Assembly: GCF_018977255.1 (NCBI RefSeq)
Contig: NW_024704743.1
Location: 54,500,001-54,564,000, forward strand
From: Callorhinchus milii
Taxonomy: Eukaryota
Direction of reading: 5' to 3'
DNA length: 64,000 nucleotides
The notes under the pieces were generated by a model. It saw nothing but the letters and a program-made list of their open reading frames with translations. It had not been told where the DNA came from and did no database searches. This document shows, piece after piece, positions 61,666 through 64,000 of this stretch (its first letter is position 1; each line of letters starts with the position of its first letter). The position numbers and the translations under genes are program-made.

Positions 61666-63706
61666 CTGAAAGATATACAGCATAGTTTATGTTTCATTGT
61701 TTTCTTGTTCCAACTTACATAAATGGCTAAATGCGAAAATTTGCAAAGAGACGATAGATATGCAGTTCTGCTCCTGCAACTCTATTCAACTCCAAGTCCC
61801 TCCGACTTGTCCCTCGTTCCTCATTTTCAAAGCCCACCTCAAGACTTACCTCTTTCACCATGCTTTTGCTCATCTTTCCTGTCATCTCCCTCTTCAGTCA
61901 CCATTTTTCTTACTAAGATGCCCAGCCAGCCATGTAAATAGGTTAAAGATGTAAAATATGCTAAATAAATGTAAATTGTTTTGTATTTAAATGCACGTGT
62001 TATGACAAACTAAAGAGCATGAAGTCATGTAAATGGATGTTTAACATTCCATGGCAGTATTTGAAGAGCAAATTAAGTTTCTCTCATTGAAACTGAACCT
62101 GTCGTTTGTGCACACAGGAGTTAAGATGCTGGAGAAACCCAAACAGCAGATGCGCCCAGAACCAAATAAATATCATATGGGTTTCCTTCACCAATTTTTC
62201 TCCCCAGTCCTAAAGGTGTTAGCCTCCTCCTAATGCTCTTCTGCAGTGTGCTATGTCAGCACAGGGCATTGTCCTGTATCTCACATAGAAACAGGAGGAA
62301 ACCATTTAGCTCCTCAAGCCTGTTCCATCATTCTATTCTATAAGATCTTGACTGATATGTACCTCAAGTTCAGTTACCCAACTTTGCCCTCTATACCATG
62401 ATACCCTGAGCCATCAAACATAACCCCTTGTTCAGATTGTGGAGGTTTTTCACAGCTGAGCCCAGCCCTATCTCGGCCGGTATTCTCTCTCTCTTTATCA
62501 CACACACACCATACACACCACACATGTGGTTCCCTCTGATCAGGAGCCACCGCTGTTTTTCCTCCACCGCCGTACCCCGGACACTCCTCTCTCTAGGCCA
62601 GCAACACCGAGGCCAAACGTCATGCCTCTTGCGTCATGTCATCTCCGTTAAGAACATCAACCCTGGTTCCTTCCTGGTCTTTGTGGCTCCAGCTGTTCCC
62701 TGGACCAACCCACTCTCTGAGCCATCAGGATTGAGCTCCAGAACAGGAGGGATTCACTCTGTACCTGGTTGGTCTGGGCTCCTCCTGGCGGCTGAGGGTT
62801 TTGTGCCAGCACATCACATCTCACTGAGGGCTCTCCTCAGCTTGCAATTGAGCAGAGAATCCAGGCTCCATTCTCAATAGTGACAGGCAGCCAGAAGTAG
62901 AAGGTTCCCCCTTTGATAGAGAGGGTTGTGTAAGGAGGAGTGTGAGAGAAAGAGAGAGAGAGATTGAAAAGACAGAGGTTGCCTGTGGCCAAGTCTTGAA
63001 GCTGAATAAACAGCATGAGAGAAACACTATGTTTTTTTAAAAAAATGCACAAAGCGCCAATGCAGAAAGGTACTCTTAAACAAGTCGCAGCTATTGTCGG
63101 TTCTGTAATACAATACAATACAAAATGACATTTACATAGAGCCTTTCACGTTGGGAGGACATCCCGAGGTGCTGGACAGTCAGGGATTTGGACCCGAGCT
63201 GGGGGAGTAATGATCTGTATGTTACTGTACATGGGGAAACTATCATGTCATGGATCAAAGACCTTGTGTGACATCAAAAGATGAGAGCGAGTGTGGTCGC
63301 CCGTCTCTAATGTCAATTACGTGAACACTTTCTCACACAAATTAAATTATTATGACTGTAAAAATGAATGGGTAGAAAGAAACGTATTGAATTCATTGCT
63401 TGTTGATCCCGAGGCAATAAGGCAGCGTTCATGCTTGTGGCTACAACTTTTTCGACGTGTTGACCTGCAAAATGTACTGTGTAATCGATCTCCCTCAGCA
63501 ACAGTTATGGAACAGCCACAAACAAAGCGGCAATCCCATCTTCCATTGTACTGTCTTTCTCGCAGATTACTCGTGGGTCTGTGTTCGTGGAGCTATTTAC
63601 AGATTGTAACAGGGTTTTGGTGTAGAGGGTAGAGATAGTCTTGACTGGTATAGGAATCAGGAATGTATGATAGAAAGATAGGAACAGCAGTAGGCCATTC
63701 TTCATT

Positions 63707-63993
<287 letters not shown>

Positions 63994-64000
63994 GTCAGTC

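Overview
Vertebrate genomic DNA, most likely a cartilaginous fish. This is inferred from the repeat landscape (L2 and CR1 LINEs, a tRNA-Ala SINE, a Deu-type SINE), which looks holocephalan or shark-like. The only host gene I can support is a full-length P-glycoprotein-type ABC transporter on the minus strand, best matching ABCB5. I traced 25 GT-AG coding exons in phase from 61665 down to the TAG at 14513 (3678 nt, 1225 aa plus stop, TMD1-NBD1-linker-TMD2-NBD2). The start-codon exon(s) were not found and probably lie beyond 64000. Introns and the 3' flank are full of fossil mobile elements: L2, CR1, two SINE families sharing an L2-type 3' stem-loop, hAT- and Tc1/mariner-type MITEs, and a decayed Helitron. 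The most unusual sequence-level observations are: (1) Penelope-type relics with a minimal hammerhead-ribozyme motif and a covarying stem II; (2) a complete 1.8-kb TIR element with CTG termini and a perfect 8-bp TSD; (3) repeated hAT insertion at the same TCTAG site of the Deu-type SINE; (4) a long SINE variant with an extra Nin-like core; (5) a duplicated ABCB5 exon fragment that may form a SINE-created poison exon. I found no evidence for a novel protein-coding system. Nearly all other ORFs in the track are TE frames or noise.
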